DNA from: Isurus oxyrinchus
Taxonomy: Eukaryota
Length of the DNA: 64,000 bases
Reading direction: 5' to 3'
Assembly (NCBI GenBank): GCA_026770705.1
Contig: JANJGN010000033.1
Span: 14,942,001 to 15,006,000, forward strand
Shown: one piece after another, positions 25,300 to 38,839 of the stretch
Numbering within the stretch: the first letter of the stretch is position 1
How the letters are laid out: every line of letters starts with the position of its first letter
Program-made: the position numbers and the translations under genes
The notes under the pieces: generated by a model
Databases searched by the model: none
Seen by the model: only the letters and a program-made list of their open reading frames with translations
What the model was told of the DNA's origin: nothing

Positions 25300-26420
25300 C
25301 AAACTTTTTTAAGGGAAGTGAATCCGATAATCTGGCCATGAACTGAGACATTGGAAACGCACATGGGGAGATAAGCAAAGATCGAGAGACAGAGATCATC
25401 ATTGACACGGAATAGTTAATATGGCCTAAAGAGCAAGGAAACATTATAAACGATCAAGACAACAGAGAAACTGACGTCAAGAGAATCTTAGGATGATCAC
25501 GGTTAGGGAAAAAAAACTTAGATGTAAAACTATGTGGTACTATGTCTAGTTCAGAAATTGAAATGTAAGGAGAAATAATGCTTAAAAATAATTTACCACA
25601 AGATGGATATAAGTGCAGGGAAAGCTCGGAAAAGGCTAAAGGGATGGATTACTGATTGTATTAATTTGCCTGCGGTCTACAAAAAGTAAGACCAAAGGAT
25701 TAACATGATGATGACAGACAGGCAGCTCGGACAAAGAACCCGTGTTGGAAGTGAAGATACTGAGCCATTGAAAGATAGGAAAAGAAGGCACATTGTAGAG
25801 TTCTTTAAGGAATTGAGGTCCAATGTGGGACAGCAGCAGGAGACAGTAGATTGGAAGGAGTGGAAGGTGCCTATCCAGATGGATTCAGATCAGGAAACTC
25901 ATTCGACAGGAAGAGTCATTAAAAAATGTATACATTGAAATTTAAAGAGAAATTCCACATTCCCTATCAGCCACAGAACTCGAGGATGGTGGAAAGGATG
26001 AACTGAACTTAAAAAAAACAAAAGCAATTCAAGAGCTAAGGAACAGCCCAAAATTCTAATCCACCTTAGGACTACCCAAGCACGACTACCAGGTTCACCC
26101 CATTTGAAATAATGAAAAGGAGAGCAATGCAATTACCCAAGGGAATCATAGTAGCAGTGGGAGATGTAGGACCACTAAAATGAAGGATGTGAGACTATTT
26201 GAGGGAAATAAGTCAGCAATTGTATGAGTTAAGGAAGGAAGTCAGAGACCGACAGGTGAATAAGGAAATGGAAACAGAAAAACCCAGTGAGCAGCAATGG
26301 ACCAAGTGTGGAATAAGGTGATGGTCAAGGTGATCTGGGAGCCAACAGGCATGGAACATACGAGGCAATTATGACAGGTGATATTTACACACTTGTAGTT
26401 ATGATAATGGGAAGTAAATA
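25300..26420 (+). pseudogene. ERV pol remnant (integrase only recognisable)
   Basis: WKVPIQMDSDQETHSTGRV, KFHIPYQPQNSRMVERMN, PSTTTRFTPFEIM; many stops and frameshifts. Confidence 0.8.
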
Positions 26421-26444
26421 GAGCCATTGCACACTGGTAAGAAT

Positions 26445-28390
26445 ACATGACAATTATGCAAGCAGTAACCTCGAGAACAGGAGCAAATGTTGATGTCTCC
26501 ACAGATCTATGGTCCCGGTCGTGGGTGTATCAGTACTGGAAACAAGGTCTGCGATCATCAGTACTCATCCCACACCTTACGAGGAACTTTGGTACAGCAT
26601 GGAGAGTATCGAATATGACGTGCAACGGGGAATGATAAATGTAACAGTAAGAGAACAAGTGCTTTCGAACTGCAGTAAGGTTTTGCTTCAGATCGGGCGT
26701 GGGAGGTCCACCACTATTCAGCCACCTTCCACATCTACTTCCACTGTCCAAGCAGAGAAAATTAAAGCCCCTCAAACCGCACCGACTGACCCACCTTGTC
26801 TGACTATGTATCCAGGACAGAAGAATATTTGGTACTGGTTAATCAGAAGTTTTTTTTTTATCACAACATACATCACTAGCTGGTACCTGTAGTCTTGAAC
26901 ATATCTGGAATTGCCCCGCAACAATGGTGCTGAACCCATATTCGAGCACTTTTCATGGCTCTAATGGGCCAGCTGATGACTGAAGCATCTCAGTCCAACG
27001 GCGAGATGTGATCAGGCTTGGGCATTAAGCGCAGCCTAATAAATGATGCCCCTATTATATTTAAAATAGGGACATCAGTGGTTCTTTCAGAACCTAGCAA
27101 CTGCTCACCAGAAGATCCAGACCCTGACCTTTAAGCTTAAGGAGATTCTAGAGCGGGGGAAGGGAATTCGTAACACACAATTAAATACAGACAAGGACAT
27201 GACATGCTTCAGCCAAAGCCTGGCTACCTTGGTCGAAAGTCATGAACTGATTGGGATAAAAAAATATTTCAGATGAATCAAGCAAAAATTATATTTGCAT
27301 TACTTATGGATCTTGGGCACTGGAACAAACCCGAGAGAATTTAAGACAGAAAAATGAAGGGGCAGTTCTTTTATGGGTAACTAATGCGCATTTATTTAAT
27401 CTTTCATGACACAAGGATCATGATTTGACCGGTGGCCAGCTCAGAGGTTTAACACGCGTATATAGAATGAATGTTGAATGTACAGTGAATAGTAATATGC
27501 TAATAAGCACTGTATTAGTGATACCTGTCATACCTATGTCAACACCCGGCAGGACATAGAATGGGGTTATCCGGGGCGGGGGGGAGGGGGAGATGGATTA
27601 CTATATTAAGTTTCACGATATTCCACCATACTCAGTAGATATAGAAGGAAATATAGTTAGCACCACATTAGAAGGGTGTAGCATAAAAGCTTGTATGTGC
27701 ATGTCCGATATATGATATGGAGGAAGAGAAGTGAGGATTTAAGGCAGCATAAAACTGTACAATATAGGGTACACTATGTGAGGTGCAAAAGAACCGACCC
27801 ATGTTGCTTGTACAGGGAAAGGGAGATATTGTATCACCACATGGCGGGAAAGAATCCCGTACGGGGGCGGGGGGGGGCGGTGGTGGGGGGGGGGGGGGGG
27901 GAGGGCGGTATCCGGATATGCCGCATCCACAATCATTTGGTATGCCTACACTCACAGGTGCCAGCGAGAGTGGGGAATGTGGAACTGGTTGAAATATACA
28001 AGAGTGGACCGACTACTATTCAGGCCAATGAAAGCCATAAGAATAACTTGATTCCATATTTGAACCTGTTCTCCTATGAAATTCCCCTATTGCCAGAGCA
28101 ACTAACCACGATTCAAAAATAGCTCAGCATACAGAGCTATACACTGCAACAACAGATTAGAGCCTTCAAGATGGATATTGAACAAATAGATGCTTCCACC
28201 AGGTTTGGAGGATCTGTTGAACTCGGGCTCGAGCTTTCAGATACACCGCTGGATTTGGATTATCTCCCATGCCCTAGTCATACTACAGTTAAAATTGATT
28301 AAGTATCTCATGTACTTGATATACCACACCCGAGCTCACAAAAAAGGTGGTGTTGGAAACGTTATAATAGATGGAGCAAGAATCTGGTAA
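26445..28390 (+). pseudogene. ERV env remnant
   Basis: Lies between integrase and PPT. Contains N-glycosylation sequons (NVT, NCS), a Thr/Pro-rich stretch, KR|SLINDAPIIFKIGTSVV (cleavage/fusion-peptide-like, about 27028), Cys-rich segments and a hydrophobic WIWIISHALVILQL anchor. Confidence 0.65.
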
Positions 28391-28604
28391 GCCAGAAATT
28401 CAGATTAAAGGACCAGATGATACAGATGGCCTGACCAGTAGCCATACCCTTTACTTGCCAAAACTGGATACCCGGCCAGTATCAGCGTGTGGCAGTATGT
28501 AAAGGAAGGGGGCGGGAGCAGGGGGGTGGAAGGCGGTGGGGAGAAGCGGGCATTATCAATATAGTTAGCTAACTTGGGCTAGGACAAGGCCCAAAAGGGG
28601 CGAC

Positions 28605-29130
28605 TGTTAGGCGGAAGAAAGTAAGTAGGAATTCATGGTAACGGAGAACTTATTGAAAGGGGATGAATTACTTAAAATGTCCAACCACTTCGGCAGTTAA
28701 AGGTTACCAGATGAACATTGCACAGCCTTAATGGCCTGCAAACAACAGAAAGACCATGAAGTTGGACTGTAGTCATACGATGGCAATGACAGCCAAGATT
28801 AACTGTGCTCTTAACAGATAGGGGAGGAACAAATGGTCGTAGTTTAGGTAGGAGGGACAGTCTCTGCTGGGTGAAAACAAACAGGGGCATGCGGTGCACG
28901 TACTTGTTACCAGAGATGTCTGTTTAATGTAAACTTTACGTTGATGAGATCGGAATCTGGAAACTGTTCTTGTACGTGACCAATAATGTATAAACGTGTT
29001 GAACACTTATAGTTCACCAGAGTGCTCTCTCAAGTTGCATTGAAATGGTTCTTCCCTTGCAATTTCTCGAATAAACAATCGTGATCTGTACCTGAGACTC
29101 CTGTGGCCCATTTGTCAAAGTGACACAACA
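28605..29130 (+). repeat. ERV 3' LTR (526 bp)
   Basis: TGTTAGGCGGAAG...GACACAACA; AATAAA at 29070. Confidence 0.92.
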
Positions 29131-32129
29131 CTGTCTACCATGAAGGAAGTCAGATTTGCTTTTCTTGTCACTTCCAGTTTATCTTTCCGCGTTAAAGTCT
29201 CTACTGTCCGAGCCAATAAGGAATCAATGTTTAAGTAAGGCGCTCTCTTCTTCATACTCTTGCAAAAACCCTTATAAGCAGTGTTCAAAAGCCTGTCTGC
29301 TTTGCTTGAATAACCTCTTTTCTGCTTTCTATCAAGTTTCCACTTGTCTTTTGCTGCTTTCAAAAGCATTCTGAATTCTTAGGCTTACTAGATTCTTTGC
29401 ATCAAGAGAATCCGCATCTTTTAATCTAATGTTATTCTGAACATCAATCGTAAGCCCTGGGTCAATCTTTCTTGTTGAATTTCTTTACTACTATAGTTGT
29501 TTTTGCAGAACACTTTTAATTGTTTCTTTAAATGTGCCGCTACTGTTTATTTACAGTCACTCCTTTTAGTCTATTTACCCATTGGACCTTGGTCAGCTCT
29601 CCTCTCATAAGTATGTAATTGGTTTAAATTTAATAATTAACCTTGCGGTCGTCCACAATAAGAAGTATAAACCTAATTCTTAAATACACACTCACCAACA
29701 ACTCACAGTTATGGCACAGTGGTAAATTCTGAGCTGCTCAGATCCCAGAGGGAAACTGGAAACAGCTGCCACAACTGCTTTGCAAATTGTAATCTTATTT
29801 CGAGACGCATGCCTTGAATTCAGTAGTAGCATGGCCACCGAGCCTTACAGTTTTTTTAACCTATCTAAATTATATAATTATTAATAGAAGAAAAGATCTT
29901 AAGTACATACATAGGTCTACAAATTACTCCTATGATAACTCCCAGTTCCTCTACTTAACCTGACTCGCAGTTACACCCTCTTTGATGAACAATAAAAAAA
30001 TCCAAATTTTCAGGCAAAGTGTACAATGCCCTGGACAGAGACACTTAAAACTAATTTTCTTAGATTCAGTTTGGTTCATAGAGTTTGGAGGCTTTTCACA
30101 CTTGTCAAATCTTAGAATGCTTTATTCTTACGCATAGCCCCATCTCCGTAATACATGTTTTTCACTTTTTAATGTAAATCCCATTGTCCCAATGTGGTTT
30201 TGTAACTTTACTTTTTCCATAATATGAATGTTTCATAGCACTCATGTTATCAGTAGTCTTTGGGGAAAATAAACAAACTGTTTGACTTAGCCTCTGTTGG
30301 CTAGGTGTAACATCTTACCATCTCTTTTAAATTGACTACTCGGATATGTACAAAAATTGCTAATGTTCTTCGTGCCTCCCATTCTAAAACTTCATCCATG
30401 TTTACGTATTTAGTATTTCAAACGTGGTTTCCATTCTGTTACAGCAATGCACACAGGCTAGCTGTCCGTAATTCAATTAAGTCAACTCCCTCCCCGCACG
30501 CCCCACACGCCTACACACCGATACACAGAAACTAATCCAATCCTCACTATGAACCTACCTTACCAATGAATTGTTAAACTATAATGGAAATTATTATGTT
30601 TCCACGACATTCTCCAATTAGTCCATTCCCATGTGGTGACACAATTTTATTTTCTGGTCGGTTAACTTAAATGTGTTATTTTTTCTCCCTCTCTCGCTCT
30701 CCTTGAATGGTCTCTCTTTCTTTATGTATAATATATATAAATATCTGAGTGTGCAGCACTGACCCCTGTGATGTTCCACTAATTATAGCATGCCAGCCCG
30801 AAAGTGACACTTTTGTCTCTCTTCTCTGCTTCCTGATCGGCCACCAATCCTCTACCCATGCTAATATGATGCCTGCTACAGGAGGATGGACCCATAATGT
30901 GCCTCATCGGATTTTTCCTGCTTTTGTGATTATTCAGTACATTGTCATCTGGCAGTGGAGCCTGGATAACTATGCCATAAAAATCAGATTTCGCCCAGCA
31001 CCTAAATTCAGTCAGGATGTGGCTGAGTGATCTTAAAAAAAAAAGTGTCTACAAAGCAAGTGTGGCAAAAGGCCACATGGACTCTTATTTTGCTAAGTGC
31101 GATTGTGGAGAAAATAATGGATGTTAATTCTGATCTTTTTGAAAAGTCAATCCTCAGGTTATGAGACTGTTAAAACTGTGGTGTTGCATGCTTATGGGGC
31201 TTGACGCAGAAGCGCATCAATTAAAATTCCTGACTTTAGGACAAAGCTGTTCACTAACCACAGTGTGAAACCAGGAGGGGTAGAGGTTGTGTGGTGTGGC
31301 CTGGGATCGTAAGAACTCTGTTATGAAATGGAAAGCTACAGCAAGTTAGGGTTGATGCAGTGATTCATGATGCTCAGCCTCTTTGGTAGATGTAATTGAT
31401 TTATACATGAACATTCTACTTCTCAACAATCTGGTATTTACTTTCCTTCAAGCATTCATTCAATTCACATTGGAAAATTAATGATGAATGTGCTTCCACC
31501 GTCCATTCAGAGAAAACATTCCATAACAGTTCTGAAAGCACAATAATGTTTCACAGTAATACCCCCACTTCTTTTGCCAATCACCTGTGGCCTCTGTTTC
31601 CTCATCCTTTTGTCATCAAAAACAATTTCTCAGATTGATTATCACCTTCATTGTTTTGAGCAGCTCTATCAAAACTCGTATCAAGTTGATTTGCTGTGAG
31701 GATAATGATTCTCAGTCCCTGCACTTAACTGAAGTTGTTCACCTTTGGCATAATTGTAGAAAATGTCTCTGCACCTACGCTGGGGCAATGCCATTCTCTT
31801 AAATTGTGTTACTCAGAATTGGACAGAATACGCGAGGTTGAGTTCTATCCTGTTAAGCAGCTTTGTGTTTTCTGCTCTATTCCACTATCGGGAAAGCCAA
31901 AGATTGTACTTCTTCTAGTTCTCATCTTACCTTGTCCTGACACTCTCGAAGGTGTGAGTGTGTGCATCGAGGTGCAAACTATTGTATCTCCCTGCACTCT
32001 CTTTATAACTGGTCCATTTGGTTCCAATTGCTTCTCTTCATTAATCATATTAAATTGCATCATTTCACATTTTCTGATAAATTTCATGTTCCATGCATTT
32101 GGTTATTTCATCAGCCGATTTCACCCTAT

Positions 32130-33050
32130 ACAAAAACATAAATAGCTGGAAAAATTCAGTAGGTCTGACAGCATCTGTGCAGAAAAATGCAGTTAACGTT
32201 TCGAGTACGCATGACCCTTCATCATAACTAAGGAAATATAGAAATGACGTGAAATATAAGCTGGTTGAGGAGGGTGAGTCTGGTACAGCTGGATAGAGGG
32301 CCAGTGATAGGTGGAGGCAAAGAAAAGGTTGCCAAAGATCTCATAGACAAAAGGACAAAGGAGTGTTGGCGGTGGGGATAATAGATAAGGAATGTGCTAA
32401 TTGTGAGACAAGGGTAGAAAACAAGATGAGCAAGTGGCAGATGGCCCCAGTGGGGCTAGCGTAGGGGAATGGAATAGAAATAAGGTAAAAGATGAAGATA
32501 AAACAACGGATGAAAATAAATTTTAAAAATAATAGAAATAGTTGGGAAAGGAAAAATATATTCAAAAATATATTTTAAAAGTTATAAATTATTGGAAAAA
32601 GGGGATCGGAAAGGGGTTGGTGATGGAGGGGAGAGTTCATGATCTGAATTTGTTGACTCAATGTTAAGTCTGGAAAGCTGTAAAGTGCCTAATCAAAAGG
32701 TGAGGTTCTGTTCCTCCAGTTTGCGTTGAGCTTCACTAGAACATTGCAGCAGACCAAGGGCGGACATGTGTGCATGAGAGCAGGGTGGTTTGTTGAAATG
32801 GCAAGTGACGGGGAGGTCTGGGTATTGCTTGCGGACAGACAAAATGTGTTCCACAAAGCGGTCACCCAGTCTGCGTCTGGTCTCTCCACTGCAGAGGAAA
32901 CCACATTGGGAGCAGTGAATGGACTGGACTAAATAGAGGGAAGTGCAAGTGAAGTTTTGCTGGACTTGAAAGGAGTGTTTGGGCCCTTGGACGGTGAGGA
33001 GGGGGGAAGTAAAGGGGCAGGTGTTGCACCTTCTGCGGTTGCATGGATTT
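32130..33050 (-). mobile_element. Older 5'-truncated Penelope-like element (GIY-YIG end plus pseudo-LTR with a mutated hammerhead at 32191-32229)
   Basis: CNRRRCNTCPFTS...SIHCSQCGFLCSGETRRRLGDRFVEH; minus-strand AGUU-AUGAUGA-AGGGUC...ACUC-GAAACGUU-AACU. Confidence 0.88.
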
Positions 33051-36028
33051 GCAATGCAGAAGAGGGCCATTTGGACTGTCTTGCCTGAACTGGCTTTCTT
33101 AATGAACAAGTCCCTTGGTGCCATTCTCTCACCATCTCCCTGAAATCCTGCGCATAATTTGTTTTCAGCTAACAGACAAATTCCCTTGTGAATGCTTCAA
33201 TTCAACCTACATCCACCACACTACCCGGCTATGCATTCCACACCTGAATCACGAGGTGCCTGAATGCCTTTTTTTTAATTCCTAACATCACTTTTGTTCC
33301 TGTTGGCAATTACTTTAAATCGTTTGCCTTTCGTTCATCTGTGGGCACGGTTTTTCCCCTTATGTACTCTGGCCAGACGCCTCACTGTATTCAGTGCCTC
33401 TATCAAATTTTCACCCGCCCTTCCTTTTGCTAAGGAAAACTGTCATAAGTTCTCCAAACTGTCGTCATAACCGTAGTTCCTCATCTCTGGAACCTTTCTT
33501 GTGAATCTTTTCTATGCTCTCTGCAATGCTTTCCCATCCTTTCTAAAGTGTGGCATCCAGAACTGGGTCTAAGACACCAGCCGAGGCTGAACTATTGTCT
33601 GATACCAGTCCATCATAACCTCCTTGCACTTGTACACTATGCCCTTATTGATAATGATTTATTTATGCTTCATTAACCACTGTCCTGTCAGCATCTCGAT
33701 GCACATATATACTCTGGTGCGTCTGCTCATGCACCTCCTTTAGAGTTGTTCCCTTTAATTTTCAATGCCTCTCCTTGTCCTTCCTATAGAAATTGAAGCA
33801 ATTCACATTTTGCTGCACTGAACTTCACCTGCCACACATGCTTGCACATTCCACTCATTTGTTTATGCCCAGTTCCAAACTATCCACCTTACAGTTCAGG
33901 AAACTCTAGTTTTCAAATGAAAGGCAAATTTTGAATATATATATATATTATATCAGGGAAATCAAGGGTCCCAACAGTGACCTCTGGGCTCTCTGCCACA
34001 ACATTCCTGCAGCCAGAGAGACACTTAATTTCCTGTCTCCCAACCATTTTCGTTTCCAGGTTGCTGCTTTTCCTTTTACGACATGAACGAGTCTGTTGTG
34101 CAGTACTGTACCAAAAACTTTCTGGAGTACCAAATATACCACATCAACAGCATTGCCCTCATGAAAACAAATTTTGCGTTCGCCCTTACTGCAAGAGGAC
34201 TGAAAGGTTTGAATATGGATGTCTTGTTCCAGTTCTGTAAAGCTTTGGTGAGATCAGGACAGGAGTACTGTGCGGAGTTTTGTTATTCATATCTATTGAA
34301 GGATGAACTTATCCTGGATGTATTACAGTAGAGGTTTACAAAATTATTCCTATGTATGGAGACTTGTAATTTTATGACCAGTTAAGAACATTGGACCCAT
34401 ATTTCTGTGGATTTTAGGACAATAAAGGGTTGTCTGATTGAAACCGATATGATTCTGAATGTTTTGGACACTGAGAGCTTGCTTCCCCTTACTCGGAATC
34501 GAGGACACGAGGGACAACCCTCAGAAAAAAGAGGCCGATCCTATAGCACTAGATAAGCCGAAATTTATTCTTTCAGGGGTTTTGAATCTTTAGAATTTCC
34601 TACGCCAGTGAGTTGAGAACCTCCCGGCGTTGAAAGTTAACGTTGAGGCTCGTGTTTAAAAAAAAAACCTGAGTAAATCAACATATCCTGGCAATGAGCA
34701 TGAAAGAGGGAATGAGAGGTAAGATTAGTTCCAACAGTATTGAATGACGGAACAGACTGGAGGAGGCGAATACTCTCGTCGTGAACCTATTTATATTGTG
34801 TTTTCATGGAAAAGGGAAGCGATTGTTCAGAGATCCCTATACCAAGCACAGCTCGCACAGTTATTTATTTATTTATTCATTTTGAAACCCTGAAATTTGT
34901 CAATGGCGGCAATATCATCGATGTACCGGCCCTCCTCCAATTGTGCTCTCTCGAGCATCCTGAACTTTCATTGCTGCTTTGGCGGGCGTGGCGGGGAGGG
35001 GTGAGGGTGGGGGCTGGTGGGCAGTTTGCAACGCAACGTCACAAAAAGGAAACAGGGCCAGGGAGGTTTCAATGTTGGGAGCTGTTTACATAAGTATGAC
35101 GCACATTCATTTGAATACAGAAAATTGATGGTTGATATGATCGAGATGAGTGAGGTTATATTGCATCCAATAGATTGCACAGAGTTAAATTTTATTTCTC
35201 TGGAGGGGGAATCAAAAATGAAGAACATGAGGCGTGAAATTACAGATCGCTCATGAGAAATAACATCGGGAAACACTTTTCCACACGACAGTAGTGGACA
35301 TTCTTGGAAGTTCCTCTTACAAAAGGGCGATGCTATGTCAACAGGAGATTTACAGGGCCAGGTCATTGGAATTGTGTCCGGTATCGCTGCCAATAAATAT
35401 GGAGCAACGGCGTGAAAATATGGCAGGCCTAGAAGCTTTATGATGTAAGTGAGTGACGGAGCTCTTTCCCGACATGTTGACTGGTCCATCTCCGTCAATC
35501 CACGTCCGATATTCCTCAGTCCGAAAGTGTAAAACATCATTGAAAACATCAAAGTGAAAGTACAAACAATAACGCCAGCCCAAACTCTTGCACATAGGAT
35601 CCTGGGGCTTGGGCGGGACGGGGAGGTGGGTAGATTTCCACGGAGCTCTTGTTTATTTTTTTAATTGGCAAAATCTATATCTATGTGATAGAGGTCGTTA
35701 TACCTCACTCACAGTTCTTCAAACAGAAAAGTGCTACTTGTGCAACCATCTATAGCATTTGATTAAATATGTATTTCATATTATTGCACAACCATGTCCA
35801 AAGGCACATATTCCTGGCGAAAATTTTAAGTTTTGCCTTTTCCAGATATTTGTGTAAAGTGCGAGATCTTCCCTTTCCAAATGCAAACAATGCTAATTCA
35901 AATTAGAATACTTAAAATCAGAAAATCTGCAATAGCAATTTGGCTCATATTTGGCAGCGCACACATGTTACAGCAAATGTAATGTTCAAATGACTGGAAG
36001 TAATATCACCACCTCTGCTGTGTTGAGG

Positions 36029-36060
36029 TCCCACGGGAGGTTTCCCTCAGTTATAAATAA
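36029..36060 (+). promoter_or_regulatory. Promoter cassette B: O/E site TCCCACGGGA plus TATAAAT
   Basis: TCCCACGGGA at 36029-36038, TATAAAT at 36052, ATG at 36133. Confidence 0.6.
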
Positions 36061-36132
36061 AGGTTTGCTCTAAGTCTCTCATTACATCGAATCAATTGGG
36101 AACCACGCGCTCAGCACCACTTTTTTGGCAAA

Positions 36133-36232
36133 ATGAGAACCCTATTCACCGCAACTCCATTTATGGAATTACCGCCATTTGTACAGGCAGTAATAGTTTA
36201 CTATCCCATTATAGCAGCTGTTTCAATCCCCG
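36133..36232 (+). CDS. GPR139-like GPCR first coding exon B, intact
   Basis: MRTLFTATPFMELPPFVQAVIVYYPIIAAVSIP-G|gtaggt. Confidence 0.82.
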
Positions 36233-37209
36233 GTAGGTTTTTTTATTCCGTCGCTAAAACTGAGATTCTCTGTTTATCTGTGCAACTACTCTTATCTCAA
36301 TTGATGTGTATGATGAATGTTTTGTCTAAATTCAATTCAACAGCAGAAAATCAAGCAAGGCATTTTTCGTTATCTTCAAGCCATTTAAGCATATTATTAA
36401 CATTATGAAGGATATTTAACCTTTATCAAGGAGCACAGCTTTTCGCTTTTTTTACCACAATTCAATCTGGTGAAATTTTAGTTTGAATTCGATGTTCTGT
36501 AGGATATAATGCTTTCATTTTAATGTAAAAGCCAGCTTAGCTGCTTTAACCAGTAGTGACCCTTCCGCTTATATCCTATGACCTAGCAATCAGCAGTAAC
36601 TGGCAAGCAATACGTTTTCTTTCACCTTCACTGTTTTGTAAAATGCTCTCACGTCCATTAAGGGGAGATGCACTGTTAGCTTTCTCTTGCCAATCAAAGT
36701 GCTGTTCCATAGAAATTCACTTTTAATTTCCCTTCAGTCGGTTACGGATATAAAACGTTGACTTGTCCCCATTCACCTTCAAAATTGCTTTTACCATATT
36801 ATTACCTAACCTACTATGAGTCTAGATTAAGTTTATGACTCAACAACTAACCTTGGAATTGAATTCCGCCGTCTTCCAACGCTATTTGCAAAGATGCTTA
36901 TCCACTCACTGTTTCGAATGTGTTACAATTAAAATTATCAATCACATTTTGGCTTGACAGCCCCATCGGTTGGGGAGAAAATGCTCCTGTCTAACTTCTC
37001 ACATTTTTTTATCATAATTGAAAATATTCCTGTCATGCCACTTTGTAATATTTTCTATGCTATATTATTCTACCTCAACTTTAGAGCTTGGAGATGAACA
37101 CGAATCTTTTATTCCTCACTGATATTGCGGCTTCTTCGAGCTACTTATGTCATGAGACCAGATTCCTGCTGTCTCGAATTTATTCCCACAGAACATTAAT
37201 CACCTGCTT

Positions 37210-38730
37210 TCGCATTATGGCAACCTGTTAGCTGATGTGGTTTTCTGTTCTGTCTCCTCAGGCACTACGCTCCCAACCCGCCCCCTGTCGCATTGTTTCA
37301 ATCTGCTAGCAAGCTACTATCCCATTTACAACTTCACTTTTCTCACCAATGTCTTGAAGGTGCCATCAACTTCCAAATCCACGAACATGTCTTCCGGAAT
37401 CCCCTGTCTAAATCATTCCAGTCAGTTTCATATCCTGTTGCACCCCTTAGCAACGTTACAAATTACATCTTATTTCGCAATGATACCACGCAAAACCACT
37501 CCTCCAATGTTACCTCGGATAACGCCTAGAATCTAGCCTTCAGTGTCTAACATTTTCATCTACATGCTCCTACACAGCCACATGACCTGAAGACACGTCA
37601 GGTTACAGGAGATTGAGGGCTAATGTGATCGAGAATTGTGAGGTGTTATTACATCCAAAAGTTGATCAGAGAGAAATGTTATATCTCTGGTGGTGGAATT
37701 GGAATGAATGGAACCACGTGCATACTGACTACGCATGTCTAGACTGCACCACTAACTTCTCCCGATCACTTTGGAGTACACATTGAGAGACTGTTCCTCC
37801 AACATCCTGTATTGGATAAACAGACATTGCCTCAAATGGAATGTCGGAAGAAGCAAAAGTGATTACCTTTGTGTTCCACAACAATATAATTTCCCCGGAC
37901 TTCGATTACTATAATTTCACTAGTATTATATTCGGCTGAACCAGAATTTTCACCATCTTACTGTCCTATCTGACACCAAAATTCCGATTATGGTCATTGC
38001 TAAGGCACTCCATCATATCACCCAACTCCACCCAGCCTCAGTTTATCTGTTGCTGAAACATTGATCTATGAGGTGGCTACCTCTATACCTGATCATTCCA
38101 CTCGTTCCAGTTTCTCATCTTCCACCCTTCAAAAGCTTAACATCATCCAAAAATGAGCTGCGCACTTTAGGTCGCACCAAATCCCGTGAGTCCCTCATCC
38201 CTGTGCTCGCTGCCTTATTTTAGCACTCGTTGGACATCGATTTCAACATTCTCGCTAGCTAATGTATTCAGCTAAACCAAAATATACCTTGCTGTCTTGT
38301 GTGACACCAAAAAAACACCAAGTCCCGTTAATTCATCATCCCTGCGCTCGCTGACTCGTTTTAGCACTCGCCTGAGCAACACAGTGACTTAAAATACCAA
38401 TCCTTGGTCAAAAATGTCAACATAATCTCGACCCTCCTTATCAGCCTAACCATCGACAGCTCTACAACATTCTGAGATCCGTACATTCATCCTACTCTGG
38501 ATCCTTGTGCATCCCTGAATTTGATGGGCAAGAAACTGTTGACCTCCGTGAAGCTCCCCGCACCTCAATTTCCGCTTTTAAATGGTTCTCGAATCCTGCC
38601 TCTTTGAGAATGCAATTGATGATCTGCATTGAGATCGACTTTTATAGTTTGGTGTCAAATCTCGATTGATTACAGTGCTTCCCTGGGCGTTTAGAAAAAG
38701 GGCGCTAAATAGATGTGAGTCATTACTGTT
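37210..38730 (+). mobile_element. Decayed L2-clade LINE 3' region; paralogue at 62600-63998
   Basis: Degenerate YADD region (LHADHTRL in copy C), LRDCSSNIL.W-like segment, L2 3' ORF end and an aaaggcgcta..taaatg..agttgttgtt-type tail. Confidence 0.7.
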
Positions 38731-38839
38731 TTGAATGCCAGTGCCGTTTGTAAGGGGAAACGCGATTTTTCTTTTATCACTTTCTGCGCAACTGTCTCGA
38801 ATTTGCTTCTCATTTAGGGAACTGCTATCTCCAAGTAAC

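Larger units (their letters stand above)
22238..29130 (+). mobile_element. Endogenous retrovirus, LTR-gag-(deleted pol)-integrase-env-LTR, decayed
   Basis: Paired TG...CA LTRs; tRNA-Ser-like PBS; PPT aaaagggg just before 28605; integrase core PIQMDSDQETHSTG...FHIPYQPQNSRMVERMN; env-like region. Absent from paralogous copies A and C. Confidence 0.9.
20468..38760 (+). repeat. Segmental duplication unit, copy B (interrupted by the ERV and a Penelope element; GPCR first exon at 36133)
   Basis: Sequence at about 20468 resumes at the equivalent of about 9793 of copy A (taaagtcttatacacttgtag vs taaagcattatacactagtag) and is colinear afterwards. 36970-38760 matches 62350-64000. Confidence 0.88.

Noticed and set aside
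27668-28122. Poly-Pro/poly-Gly ORFs
   Set aside because: Produced by a poly-G run expansion inside the decayed env.
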